Assembly (NCBI GenBank): GCA_963724295.1 | Contig: CAVRUC010000010.1 | Coordinates: 288,001-352,000, forward strand | DNA: 64,000 nucleotides | Direction: 5' to 3' | From: an uncultured Chloroflexia bacterium | GTDB taxonomy: Bacteria > Chloroflexota > Chloroflexia > Thermomicrobiales > UBA6265 | Shown: positions 1-9,778 of the stretch, piece by piece | How positions within the stretch are numbered: position 1 is the stretch's first letter | Layout of the letters: the number at the start of each line of letters is the position of its first letter | The notes under the pieces: generated by a model | Databases searched by the model: none | Told to the model about the DNA's origin: nothing | Seen by the model: the letters and a program-made list of their open reading frames with translations, nothing else | Program-made: the position numbers and the translations under genes

Positions 1-348
1 GAAGAAGACCGGACTCCGGCCGCTCCGGATCACCGCCAGGAGCAGTCCGACGATCAGGATGATCGGCTCGGCGATCATGAAGATCTTGAAGTTGAGCTTG
101 AATCCCTCCAGCACCGCGGGGAAGGCCGCCTTGAAATCGGGCCAGCTGAAGAAGGCCTGGCGCACTGATTCCCACCCCGATGAGCGGCCGATCAGGAAGC
201 CCAGCGCCCCGAAGAAGACGATCGAGCTGATAACGGCGATCGCGGCGGATCGGCGGACGTCCGCCCGCGTCCAGGCCGATCGCGGCGCCAGCAGCGCCGC
301 GATCTCCGCTTCGGTCAGCTCGCGTGACGTGCCAGATGCGTCGCTCAT
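1..348 (-). CDS. Polar amino acid ABC transporter permease (5' part; runs off window start)
   Basis: Manual translation from ATG 348: MSDASGTSRELT...AFFSWPDFKAAFPAVLEGFKLNFKIFMIAEPIILIVGLLLAVIR, typical HisM/GlnP N-terminal TM segment; divergent from a substrate-binding gene. Confidence 0.8.
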   Translation of the reverse strand, partial: MSDASGTSRELTEAEIAALLAPRSAWTRADVRRSAAIAVISSIVFFGALGFLIGRSSGWESVRQAFFSWPDFKAAFPAVLEGFKLNFKIFMIAEPIILIVGLLLAVIRSGRSPVFF

Positions 349-628
349 CGTGGGTCCAACCTACTGGTGATGGGATCGCAAGATCGCCGGGGCCTCTGCG
401 CCGTCGCGGACCACGAGCGGCGGGTTGCGTACTCCCGAGGCATGTGACCTCTGATGCTACGAGAACGCACCCGGACGGTCACCGTGACCGGCCCGGGAGA
501 GATTCGGATAATACTGGATCAGTTTTTCAACAATGGATAGACTGGCTCGGCACTCGGGATGCATCTTCGTATCCTAGCGACTGAGGTGGGAGCTGGTCGC
601 TCCCCGCGTTCGTGGAGGTAAATTCGGA

Positions 629-1503
629 ATGTCGAATCGTCGCCAGTTCCTGCGATCCGGGGTCGTGCTCGCCGCCGCCATCGGGTCCGCCCCGCGGTTG
701 AGCGCCCTCGCTCAATCCGACGCGGCCACCCCGGCCGCCGCCACGCCGGTGGTCCCGACCGACATCTCGACCCTGCCGCTCAAGAACGCCCGGTCAGCTC
801 ACCATCCACGCGGATAAGCCGGCCTACCCGCCATTCTTCATCGACGACGACCCGACCAATGGCAAGGGCTTCGAGTCGGCGCTCGCCTACGCCGTCGGCG
901 AGCGGCTGGGCTTCACCCGGGATCAGATCGTCTGGGGCTACACGTCGTTCAACGCCTCGTACGCGCCGGGCCCGAAAGATTTCGACTTCTACATCACGCA
1001 GGTCAGCATCACCGAGGAGCGGAAGCGGGCGGTCGACTTCAGCGACCCGTACTACAAGTCGCCGTTGGTCGTCGTGACCAAGGAGGACTCCCCGGTGGTC
1101 GAAGCGACGACCCTTGCCGAGCTGGCGAAGTTCACTTGGGGAGCCCAGGTGGGCACGACTCTACTACATTGCCATCACCGAGGACATCAAACCGGAGCAG
1201 GAAACGCTGGTGTTCGACACCACGGCCGATTCGCTGACGGCGCTGGTCAACGATCAGATCGATGCCGTCGTCCAGGATCTTGAGAGCGCCAACTACATTA
1301 CGTCCGAGCAGTTCGAGGGGCTCGTGATCGCCGGTCAACTCCCGGAGAACCCGGGCCAAGGCACGGGGATGGTCTTCGAGAAGGGCAGCGCTCTCGTCCC
1401 GTACGTGAACGCCGCCCTGGCGTCGGTGATCGCCGACGGCACCCGCGACGAGCTCGTCGAGGAGTGGCTGGCCCCGCCTGCCGATCTCATCGTCTACAGC
1501 TAG
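629..1503 (+). pseudogene. Amino acid ABC transporter substrate-binding protein (family 3) with Tat signal, two apparent frameshifts
   Basis: RBS GGAGG; MSNRRQFL Tat motif; homology continues across frames at ~790 (QLTIHADKPAYPPF...GFE...QVSITEERKRAVDFSDPYY) and ~1160 (GAQVGTT|YYIAIT...). May be sequencing error rather than true pseudogene. Confidence 0.75.
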
Positions 1504-1511
1504 AGCGAAGC

Positions 1512-1542
1512 GGCGAGGGGCTTAGCGGATAAGCCCCTCGCC
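1512..1542. terminator. Hairpin between convergent genes (likely bidirectional terminator or REP-like)
   Basis: GGCGAGGGGCTTA-gcgga-TAAGCCCCTCGCC perfect 13-bp stem. Confidence 0.55.
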
Positions 1543-1597
1543 CCTCCTGCCGCGGCTCTTCCACCCGCCTTGACCGGCGCCAGATAGCGCGGCAGAT

Positions 1598-2548
1598 TCA
1601 GGCGCCAAAGAAGTAGCGCGTGAGGTGGAAGAAGACCGGCGCGGCAAAGCAGAGAGAGTCGATACGGTCGAGGACGCCGCCGTGGCCGGCTATCAGCGTG
1701 CCGAAGTCCTTGACGCCGCGGTCGCGCTTGATCGCCGACATCGTGAGTCCACCAGCGAACCCCATGAGCGTGATCACCACTGACATGAGCGCCGCCTGCC
1801 ATGGCGTGAACGGCGTGATCCACCAGAGACCGGTTCCGATGAGAGTGGCGGTAAGGATCCCGCCGACGAAGCCCTCCCACGTCTTGTTGGGACTGATGGT
1901 GGGCGCGATGCGGCGGCGTCCGAAGAGCTTGCCCCAGATGTACTGCGCGACATCGCTGCCCTGGACCACGATGACCAGGAACAGCAAGAGCTTGGCGCCC
2001 TCGTTCTCGTCGCCGCCGACCTCGAGCGTCAGCAGCGCCGGGGCGTAGCTCACGCAGTAGACGCAGATCATGAGCGCCCACTGGATTGTCGCCGTCCGTT
2101 CCAGGAAGTGCTCCGTGTCCCCGGCCAGGGCGTTCCGGGTCGGGACAAGCAGGAAGGCGAAGACCGGGATGAAGATGGCGAACAGCCCGTACCAGTCCTG
2201 CCAGACCAGCCAGTACTGGATCGGCGTGACCACGAAGAAGACCCAGAGCAAGGTTCGATGATCGCCGTGCCGGGTCGGCGTCAGCGTGATGAATTCGCGC
2301 AGCGCGAAGAACGAGATCAGCGCGAAGAGCAGCACCGAGCCGACGCCGCGGGCCAGCAGGGCGACCGCAAGAACGGCGCACATGACCCACCACGCGCGGA
2401 TCCGATCGTTCAGGTTCGCGACGGTCGCTCGCGCTGAATCACTCGTGACGCGCCGGGCAAAGATGGCCCCGACGACGCTGGCGACGAGGAGGACGACGAG
2501 CACCCCGCCGCCGAGCCAGAGCAACTCCTGGTCAACCCGGCCGCTCAT
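1598..2548 (-). CDS. Phosphatidate cytidylyltransferase (CdsA/YnbB-like)
   Basis: SPNKTWEG and KDFGTLIAGHGGVLDRIDS signatures; ATG 2548 overlaps upstream stop (ATGA). Confidence 0.9.
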   Translation of the reverse strand: MSGRVDQELLWLGGGVLVVLLVASVVGAIFARRVTSDSARATVANLNDRIRAWWVMCAVLAVALLARGVGSVLLFALISFFALREFITLTPTRHGDHRTLLWVFFVVTPIQYWLVWQDWYGLFAIFIPVFAFLLVPTRNALAGDTEHFLERTATIQWALMICVYCVSYAPALLTLEVGGDENEGAKLLLFLVIVVQGSDVAQYIWGKLFGRRRIAPTISPNKTWEGFVGGILTATLIGTGLWWITPFTPWQAALMSVVITLMGFAGGLTMSAIKRDRGVKDFGTLIAGHGGVLDRIDSLCFAAPVFFHLTRYFFGA

Positions 2549-3162
2549 GACGGTTCGAGGCTCGCGACCGCCTCTCTCGCGCGCGCCAGGAACTCCGCTT
2601 TCGGCTCGCCGTCCCGCGGACGCACAGGCGAGCCGAAACTGATGCAACTGAGCTGCGGCACGGGCAGAAACTCCCCCTTGGGCATGATGCGCTGAAGGTT
2701 ATGGAGGTGCACTGGAACCAGGTCCACATCCGGCCGCTGGCGCGCGAGATAGTCGAGCCCGCCCTTGAACGGCCCGATCTCGCCGCTGGAGCCGCGGGTG
2801 CCCTCCGGGAAGATGATCAATGAATCTCCGCCATCCAATACCGCGATCAGCTGGTCCATCTGGGTCCGCAATTGGCTGAGGCTGCCACCGGCTCGGTCGA
2901 CCAGCACCGCTCTGAAAACCCGCGTTGCCATGTAGTGGCGGAGCCGGCTGGATTCCCAGTAATCCCGAGCGGCGACCGGCCGGGTGCGGGCACGGAGGTC
3001 TCTGGGCAGCACCGCCCAGAGGGCGACGAAGTCGAGATGGCTGCCGTGATTGGCGAAGTAGACGCACTGACCTCGACACGGGCGGTCCTCGACGCAACGA
3101 ACGCTGGGGCCGCTGGCCAGGCGCGCCAGGGCTGCCACACACTGCGCGATGACTCCCGTCAT
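2545..3162 (-). CDS. Lysophospholipid acyltransferase (PlsC family)
   Basis: NHGSHLD (HX4D) and FPEGTRG motifs. Confidence 0.9.
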   Translation of the reverse strand: MTGVIAQCVAALARLASGPSVRCVEDRPCRGQCVYFANHGSHLDFVALWAVLPRDLRARTRPVAARDYWESSRLRHYMATRVFRAVLVDRAGGSLSQLRTQMDQLIAVLDGGDSLIIFPEGTRGSSGEIGPFKGGLDYLARQRPDVDLVPVHLHNLQRIMPKGEFLPVPQLSCISFGSPVRPRDGEPKAEFLARAREAVASLEPS

Positions 3163-3836
3163 GGAGTCCCCAGGTCATCGCCAATCGCTCGCAGCCGCCG
3201 CACGATCGTCGCCAGACCACCGACGATGATGACAATGAGCGCGACCGTCAGCACCCGTCCCTCCGGCCAACCGACGGCAGTTTCGACGGCCGAGAGCAGG
3301 CAGGCGGCGATCAGGACGTGCATCCGACGCGGCTTGGCCATGGGCCCGTCGAAGTGCTGCGACGCGCCCGCGGCGGCGCCGAGGGTGCGCACGTAGGCCG
3401 TCAGCAGCGCCGTCGTGGCGGCCGCCCAGCCGAGCTCTGGTCCCCAGGCGACGTCGCCGATGGCGTAGCCCGCGCCGGCGAGGATGAGCAGATCGGCCAG
3501 CCGGTCAGGCAGCTCGTTGTAAATCTCGCCGGTGGGGGTCTTGAGGCCGCCCTCCACGGCCAGCATTCCGTCGAGCATGTTGCACAGCAGCCGGGCGGGC
3601 ATCGCGGCGGCCGCAACGACGAGAAGAGCGATGCGCGCCCCGTCCTCGCTTCTCCCCGCGAGGATGAGGCAGATCGCGGCGACGGCGGCAAATGCCACCC
3701 CAAGCACGGAGACCTGATTGGGCCGTACCCCAGCAAGCTGGAGCCGGCGGGCGGCGAGGGTCGCCCAGGAGGCGCTGCGCGCCGGGATCGGGCGCCGTGT
3801 AACCCGCTGCGGAACTTGCATGCCGATCACCACCAA
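3159..3836 (-). CDS. CDP-alcohol phosphatidyltransferase family protein
   Basis: NMLDGMLA...G...NELPDRLAD motif, GPMAKP; start may be ATG 3821. Confidence 0.85.
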   Translation of the reverse strand: MVVIGMQVPQRVTRRPIPARSASWATLAARRLQLAGVRPNQVSVLGVAFAAVAAICLILAGRSEDGARIALLVVAAAAMPARLLCNMLDGMLAVEGGLKTPTGEIYNELPDRLADLLILAGAGYAIGDVAWGPELGWAAATTALLTAYVRTLGAAAGASQHFDGPMAKPRRMHVLIAACLLSAVETAVGWPEGRVLTVALIVIIVGGLATIVRRLRAIGDDLGTP

Positions 3837-3955
3837 CCGCTCGCATGCCGGCTGATTGATTGTGTCCCTTCAGTGATCCATTGTATCGGCTCCGTTCCGG
3901 ATTGTTGCATCAATGCGCCCTGGAAGGCCGAGGTCGTGCTTCCACCTGGTGCTAC

Positions 3956-4025
3956 GATGACGGGGTCCGACGCCCAGACAGGAATGGTGATGACGGGGTC
4001 CGACGCCCAGACAGGAATGGTGATG
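3956..4025 (+). repeat. 33-bp perfect tandem duplication
   Basis: GATGACGGGGTCCGACGCCCAGACAGGAATGGT x2 followed by GATG. Confidence 0.95.
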
Positions 4026-4664
4026 GCGAGCGAACCCACCCTCGTGGAGCCAGGAGCGGGAACACACCGATTCCGGGAGGCAAGTACCCGTTCCGGGGTC
4101 GCGGCGCTCGTGGCACTGGGCTGGGGGTTCGCCGAGGCCACGTTCTTCTTCATAGTCCCCGACGTCTGGATCGGCCTGCTCGCGCTGTTTGGTTGGCGAG
4201 CCGGTCTACGCGCGGTGTGCTCGGCAGTCATGGGGGCACTTTTTGGCGGCGCGGTCATGTACGGGGTCGGCGCGCGCCTCGGTCGCGACCGCAGTGCGCG
4301 GCTCCTGGCCGCCGTCCCGGCCATCTCACCCGCGATGGTCGAGCGGGTGGAGGAGGAGATGCGCGAGCACGGTCCGGCGAGCATGATGCTGGGTCCACTA
4401 CGGGGCACGCCCTACAAGATCTACGCCCGAACCGCCGGGATCCAGGAGCAGCCCCTCGGCCCAGTGCTCCTCTGGACGATTCCCGCCCGAGGGGCGCGCT
4501 TTGTCCTGGTTGCAGCCGTCGCTGGTCTTTACGGATGGCTGGTCCGGCGAATCACACGGCGGATGGGCTGGCTCCTCGGTCCATATCTCCTCGCCTGGGT
4601 CGTGTTCTACGCGCGCTACTTCCGGGCGTACGGGTTCTGGAGGTCGCGCGGCACAGGAGATTGA
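3957..4664 (+). CDS. Membrane protein, YqaA/DedA (VTT)-like
   Basis: WGFAEATFFFIVPD and GTPYKIYA motifs; start uncertain (3957, 4017 or 4023). Confidence 0.7.
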   Translation: MTGSDAQTGMVMTGSDAQTGMVMASEPTLVEPGAGTHRFREASTRSGVAALVALGWGFAEATFFFIVPDVWIGLLALFGWRAGLRAVCSAVMGALFGGAVMYGVGARLGRDRSARLLAAVPAISPAMVERVEEEMREHGPASMMLGPLRGTPYKIYARTAGIQEQPLGPVLLWTIPARGARFVLVAAVAGLYGWLVRRITRRMGWLLGPYLLAWVVFYARYFRAYGFWRSRGTGD

Positions 4665-4791
4665 GTCCGCGGCTCCCGCCCTCGGTTCGAGCCGCGGGCG
4701 CGAGACGGGGAGCGCGGCGGGACTCCCGGTGAGCATCAGCCAACCTCCAGGCGCAGAGTCAGCTACGAGGCGGCTCTCTGGAAGATCGGAG

Positions 4792-6522
4792 TTAGCGGCC
4801 CGCGGCGATGCCGGCGCCAAAGGGGTCGGCGCCGCCGTAGCGAATGCCGGTCCGGGGATCGACCGCCACCCCGGTTGGGCTGGCGAAGCCGCGGGGTGAG
4901 AACGATACCTCCACGTCGACCACCGGGTGGCCCATCGCTCGCAGCCGGTCACGGGTTTCCACTGCAATGCGGTCATCGACCAGCAGCTCCGGTCCGGAGC
5001 AGTCGATCAGGGGAGCGGCGCAGGCGGACTGGATATCCATCCCGAAGTCAATGACATCGATCGTCATCTGCAGGCACGTGTCCATGATCCGGCGACCACC
5101 CGGGGCGCCAACGGCGAGCACCGGCACCCCGTCGCGCACGGCAATGACATGGGCCATGCTGGAAGCCGGTCGCTTGCCGGGCTGGATCTCGTTGGCGGCG
5201 CCCGGCTGCGGATCGAACAGGTTCATGCTGTCATTGAGCAGCACGCCCGTGCCGGGCACCGTCACTGCCGAGCCAAACATCAGCGTCAGGGTCTGCGTCA
5301 CCGAGACCATCGTGCCCTCGCTGTCCACGACCGAGAGGTGGGTCGTGCAGCCTTCATTGGCGCCCACCGCCGAGAGATTGGCTGTCGTGCCGGCGATACC
5401 GGTGCCCGGTCCGGGGACGGAAGCCCGAGTGGGATCGATTTCCGCTCGCCGCTCCGCCGCGTAGTCAGCCGAGGTCAGCCGGCGCCAATCGGTGTCGACG
5501 AAGGCGGGGTCGCCGACATAGGCGAATCGGTCGGCGAAACTTCGCCGGCTCGCTTCGGCGATCAGGTGCAGCGTGGTGGCGGTGTTGAAGCCGGTGGCGC
5601 CCAGATCGAACCCGTTGAGGATGTTGAGCGTCTCCCCGATCGTGATGCCGCCGGCCTGGTACGGCAGCAGGACGAGCTCGACATCGCGGTAGGGCAGGAC
5701 CAGCGGCTCGACCACCTTGGCCTGGTACCCGGCCAGGTCATCTTCGGTAATGAGACCGCCGGTTTCCCGCTGATGGTCTGCGATCCGATTCGCCACAGCG
5801 CCCCGGTAGAAGCCGTCCGCCCCGTGCTCGCCGATCCTGGTCAGGGTGGCGGCGAGATCGCGTTGCACGATTCTCGGCTGGGGCTCACCGAAGAGAGGCG
5901 CCGGCGGCTGCCCATTCTCGAGGAAGATCCGCTCCGTCTCTGGATCACGGCGGATGACGTCCTGCTGTGACGCCAGCAGCATCCCCCGGTACCAGTCGAC
6001 TTCGAACCCCTCCTCGGCAAAGCCGATCGCGGGGGCAACGGTCTCGCGCAGCGTTTTGGTGCCGAACCGGCTCAGCGCCAATTCCATGCCGCGGACCATG
6101 CCCGGCACCGCTACCGAACGGGGACCGTAGGCATTGGCCTGGTCCTTGACCCCGCTGAAGCCGACGGTTGAGTGGCCAAAATCCTCGGTCAGCTCGTACA
6201 TGTCGGGGGTGGCGGCCGCCGGCGCCTGGCCAAAATAATCGACAACATGGCGCTCGCCGGTGGCGCGCTGAATCGTCATGAAACCGACACCGCCGAGTCC
6301 GCTCATCCAGGGCTCGACGACGCTGAGGGCGAACGCGGTCGCGACGGCGGCGTCGACCGCGTTGCCACCCCGATCGAGGATGTCATTGCCGGCCCGCACG
6401 GCCCAGGGGTGCTTGGCGGCGACCATCTGACGACTGCCGGCCGCCAGATCTCGCGAAATACGAAGCGTTGTCTCGGTATTCACGAACAGAACCTCGCACG
6501 ATTTCTCGTTAGTCGTCAACAC
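4792..6522 (-). CDS. ggt: Gamma-glutamyltransferase
   Basis: GGNAVDAAVA, SGLGG, catalytic TTHLSVVD, PGKRPASSM, GAPGG; start uncertain (GTG 6483 possible). Confidence 0.92.
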   Translation of the reverse strand: MLTTNEKSCEVLFVNTETTLRISRDLAAGSRQMVAAKHPWAVRAGNDILDRGGNAVDAAVATAFALSVVEPWMSGLGGVGFMTIQRATGERHVVDYFGQAPAAATPDMYELTEDFGHSTVGFSGVKDQANAYGPRSVAVPGMVRGMELALSRFGTKTLRETVAPAIGFAEEGFEVDWYRGMLLASQQDVIRRDPETERIFLENGQPPAPLFGEPQPRIVQRDLAATLTRIGEHGADGFYRGAVANRIADHQRETGGLITEDDLAGYQAKVVEPLVLPYRDVELVLLPYQAGGITIGETLNILNGFDLGATGFNTATTLHLIAEASRRSFADRFAYVGDPAFVDTDWRRLTSADYAAERRAEIDPTRASVPGPGTGIAGTTANLSAVGANEGCTTHLSVVDSEGTMVSVTQTLTLMFGSAVTVPGTGVLLNDSMNLFDPQPGAANEIQPGKRPASSMAHVIAVRDGVPVLAVGAPGGRRIMDTCLQMTIDVIDFGMDIQSACAAPLIDCSGPELLVDDRIAVETRDRLRAMGHPVVDVEVSFSPRGFASPTGVAVDPRTGIRYGGADPFGAGIAAGR

Positions 6523-6746
6523 CGGCCGGGCGATGAGCGATGGCCAGGCCGCCCATGCAGCATCCTGGGTGGTCTAGTCGTGCTCGACGCGAAGCTGGCG
6601 ACCTTCTCAATCCCACCCGGCCGCGTTCCGGAGTGGCGACGCTCCCGTTAGCAGCATCTCTCCAGCGGGCGGGACCGTGAGTATCGCACCTCGATCGATC
6701 TCTCCAGAGGCTCCCCTCCAGACCACGTCGACGACCCCGCCAATCG

Positions 6747-7643
6747 TCAGTGATCCGGGCTGAGGTACCGCCCGAGGAAGGCCAGCACCCGCGTGCCGAC
6801 ACGGTCCCAGCTGAAGACGTCGTGGCCGGCATCCGGCACCTCGACGGCTTCCACCGGGACTCCGGCTTTCTGCAGGGCGGCTACCAGCCGCCGCGCGTGG
6901 GCAATCGGCACCACGGTATCGCGTACCCCGTGAACGACCAGGAACGGGGCGGACGTCCGATCGACATGGCTCACCGGAGAGGCATCGCGGTAGACATTCG
7001 GCGCCTGCGTCAACGTCCCACCGAAGAGCGCCCGCGCCACATCGATGTCATCGGGGTTGGCCGGCGGAATGGTGCCGTCCATCGGTCCGGCCAGGGCCAC
7101 CACACAGCGAACGCGACTGGAGAAGGCGGTCAGGTCGTCATCGGCCGTATCCCGGGTGTCTCGCACCCCGAGGTGAGCGGCCAGACCGGCTCCTGCGGAG
7201 ATGCCATAGGTGCCAATGCGCTCAGGATCAACATCGTAGGTCGTCGCGTGAGCTCGCACCCAGCGCGCGGCCCGCTGCACATCCGCGAGGGGAGCCGGCC
7301 AGACCGGACCCGGTCGCCCTGGGTCGACCAGGCGATAGTCGAGGGCCACCGCGACATAGCCGGCCTCGGCCAGGTGCCGGGCGGCATCGACGATATCCGC
7401 ATCGGTGCGAGAGCCACCAACAAACCCACCCCCATGGACCAGGAGAACGGCCGGACGCGGCCGCTCGCGCTGAGGTGGAGCGTAGATGTCGAGGAGGAGC
7501 GCCTGATCCTCCGCCTCCCCGAAACGAATCCCCGCCTCGATCGTCACCAGCGATGGGATCCGTCGCTGGTCAATCACCCAGCGTCCAAGCGCCAGGACGG
7601 AGGCGAGGGCGCCGGCCGCGAGCAGAGTGCGACGAGTACCTAT
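6747..7643 (-). CDS. Alpha/beta hydrolase (HSL-type esterase), probable Tat substrate
   Basis: HGGGF, GISAG nucleophile, HGVRD, DAGH; ORF-track start 7577, but the frame is open to ATA 7643 with TRRTLL signal. Confidence 0.85.
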   Translation of the reverse strand: MGTRRTLLAAGALASVLALGRWVIDQRRIPSLVTIEAGIRFGEAEDQALLLDIYAPPQRERPRPAVLLVHGGGFVGGSRTDADIVDAARHLAEAGYVAVALDYRLVDPGRPGPVWPAPLADVQRAARWVRAHATTYDVDPERIGTYGISAGAGLAAHLGVRDTRDTADDDLTAFSSRVRCVVALAGPMDGTIPPANPDDIDVARALFGGTLTQAPNVYRDASPVSHVDRTSAPFLVVHGVRDTVVPIAHARRLVAALQKAGVPVEAVEVPDAGHDVFSWDRVGTRVLAFLGRYLSPDH

Positions 7644-7902
7644 GAGTCAGCTCCGATCGTCGATTGCAGGAAGCGCCCTGATCCAGGGATGCCCTCGGCT
7701 TTCTTCCGAAAAACAGCGGCCATCGTTCGCTCCTCACCCGGCCTGCAGCCAGGAGCCGGGGTCTCCAGTGTCGAAGAATCTGCGTCTGCCTGTTCCCTGA
7801 AAGTTCAAACTCTTCAAATTCTTCAAACCCTTTGCCACGCTCCTCCAGCATCCAGGAAATGTGGCCCACCGCACTACGTCGCATCCATCTGCTCGCCCTG
7901 CG

Positions 7903-9330
7903 TCATGCATCCTTGGAAACGTTGAGGTCGTCGCTGAACATCTCGCGATAGTGTCGGTACCAGTTGGACTGAAAACGCTCGTCGGGATCGCAGCGCAGCT
8001 TCTCGCGCAGAAAATCGACGAATTGAGGGTATGCGGCTTCCACCTGCTCCCTGGTGGCCCAGCGGTGGTAGGTCAGGTAGTAACTGCCGCCGTAGCCCAG
8101 CGCGCGGTCGATCAGGCGCCGGAAGGCATCGCCGGCGCGTTCGATCCCCGCCGGCGTGTGGTCGACGTGCAGGTTGAAGACGACACAGGCCCACGGCTGC
8201 CGCGCCCAGGCGAGAACCGTCTCGTCGTCCCGCTCGATCAACCGCACCGTGCCGTAGATGACCGGCGTCTGATGGGTTCGGAAGTCGTCCGCCACGTCGG
8301 CCATGAACGCCGGCAGATCCCGGCGCGGCACGTACAGCTCGGCGATCATCTCCGAGCCAGGTGACCTCGCCGCCGTTCTCTCGTCGAGGACGCGGTGGTA
8401 GCCGTCGTGGTAATCCGCCATCTGATGCAGGTCCGACCAGTACAGCTGCCCATCCGTGGCCAGGTAGTGCCTGGTGTAGGCATCGCTGGCACGGCGGGGA
8501 TCGATGTGCGATAGCAGGAACAGCTCTTCCCAGTCGGCGCGGGAGAGCGCCCACTGCTGATCCGGGATCGGGGTGTCGTTGGCGACCGCGACGTAGCAGG
8601 AGCAGATGCCTTCCTTAAGGAAATCGGCGCTCGCCGGGTCGATGGCGAACTGGAAGTCTCCGTAGCCGCGGCCACCGTCCGCTCGCGCTTCGAGCGTAGC
8701 CACGACCTCGTCGATGGCGCGCAGGGTCACCTCGCGGCGGACCCAGCGCCGCGGCGCGAGCCGGAGGCGCACCGAGACGATTGGTCCGAATAGCCCGTAG
8801 CCGCCGATGGCAAGCCGGAAGAGGGATCCATTCTCGTGCCGCGAGCAGCGCCGCAACGTGCCGCTGGCGTCGACGAGGGCAAACGCCACCACGTCGTCGA
8901 CGATCGGGCCACGCCCGAGCACGCGGCCATGGACATTCGAGGAGAGCGCGCCACCGAGCGTCAACAGATCGGCGCCGGTCTGCTTCTGGATGACCCCCCA
9001 GGGATATGGCTGCCCGTCCTGGATCGCGTGCAGCCAGGCGATTAGCCCTGGCCACATGATGCCGGCCTCCGCTTCGACCTCGCCCCGCTCGGGGTCGAAG
9101 TCCAGCACGCGATCGAGCCCGGTCATGTCGAGGAGATCGAGCCCGGCGCCAAACTGCTGTCCACCCATCGCGTGACGGCCCCCAGCGATGGCGATGGCGC
9201 GACCCGTGGCGCGTGCCGCCAGCACCGCGTCGCGGACGTCTGTCACCGATGCCGGCCGCAGAATATGGTGCACCAGAGTCGCGTTGAGCTGGGCATGGAC
9301 GTCGTTGACGAGCGTCCCACGGTCGGTCAT
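7903..9330 (-). CDS. FAD-binding oxidoreductase (VAO/FAD_binding_4 fold, DprE1/ALO-like)
   Basis: GGRHAMGGQQ, VEAEAG, TLGGALSSNVHG, GGYGLFG, DPDERFQS. Confidence 0.85.
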   Translation of the reverse strand: MTDRGTLVNDVHAQLNATLVHHILRPASVTDVRDAVLAARATGRAIAIAGGRHAMGGQQFGAGLDLLDMTGLDRVLDFDPERGEVEAEAGIMWPGLIAWLHAIQDGQPYPWGVIQKQTGADLLTLGGALSSNVHGRVLGRGPIVDDVVAFALVDASGTLRRCSRHENGSLFRLAIGGYGLFGPIVSVRLRLAPRRWVRREVTLRAIDEVVATLEARADGGRGYGDFQFAIDPASADFLKEGICSCYVAVANDTPIPDQQWALSRADWEELFLLSHIDPRRASDAYTRHYLATDGQLYWSDLHQMADYHDGYHRVLDERTAARSPGSEMIAELYVPRRDLPAFMADVADDFRTHQTPVIYGTVRLIERDDETVLAWARQPWACVVFNLHVDHTPAGIERAGDAFRRLIDRALGYGGSYYLTYHRWATREQVEAAYPQFVDFLREKLRCDPDERFQSNWYRHYREMFSDDLNVSKDA

Positions 9331-9469
9331 CGGCGAAGACTCCACGGTATCTCCAACCTGCCCTGCGGGCGACGGCGGCGCGGTGCGGCCATCCCTGGCT
9401 GTTGGGTACACTTGGCGCGTTGGGCCCTTACCCGCCATGCGGCGCGTACAGCCCCTGAAGGGATCATCG

Positions 9470-9778
9470 ATGGCTGAATTTACCGCCGAACAGGCACGCG
9501 AGAATCTGAAGAACGTCTTCGATCCGGAGATTGGCATCAATATCGTCGATCTCGGGCTCGTCTACGATGTTGACGTCTCCGACGGCGGCGACGTTCTGGT
9601 CACCATGACCCTCACTTCGCTCGGCTGCCCCCTGGGACCGGTCATCGTCCAGGAGGTGACCAACGCCATGAGCGACCTGCCGAATCTGGGCGATGTCGAC
9701 GTCAAGCTCGTCTGGAGCCCGGCCTGGTCGCCGGACATGATGTCCGAAGACGCCCGCGACGAGCTAGGGATCTGGTAG
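9470..9778 (+). CDS. Metal-sulfur cluster assembly factor (SufT/DUF59)
   Basis: DPEIGINIVDLGLVY, MTLTSLGCP, PAWSPDMMS. Confidence 0.9.
   Translation: MAEFTAEQARENLKNVFDPEIGINIVDLGLVYDVDVSDGGDVLVTMTLTSLGCPLGPVIVQEVTNAMSDLPNLGDVDVKLVWSPAWSPDMMSEDARDELGIW

Noticed and set aside
349..628. Riboswitch upstream of the amino acid binding protein
   Set aside because: Only one short hairpin (GGGAGC/GCTCCC); no recognisable SAM, T-box, lysine or glycine consensus.
1598..3836. Phospholipid three-gene cluster as novel
   Set aside because: Resembles a known, widespread ynbA/ynbB-like arrangement.
3956..4025. CRISPR array
   Set aside because: Two adjacent 33-bp copies with no spacer, and no cas genes.
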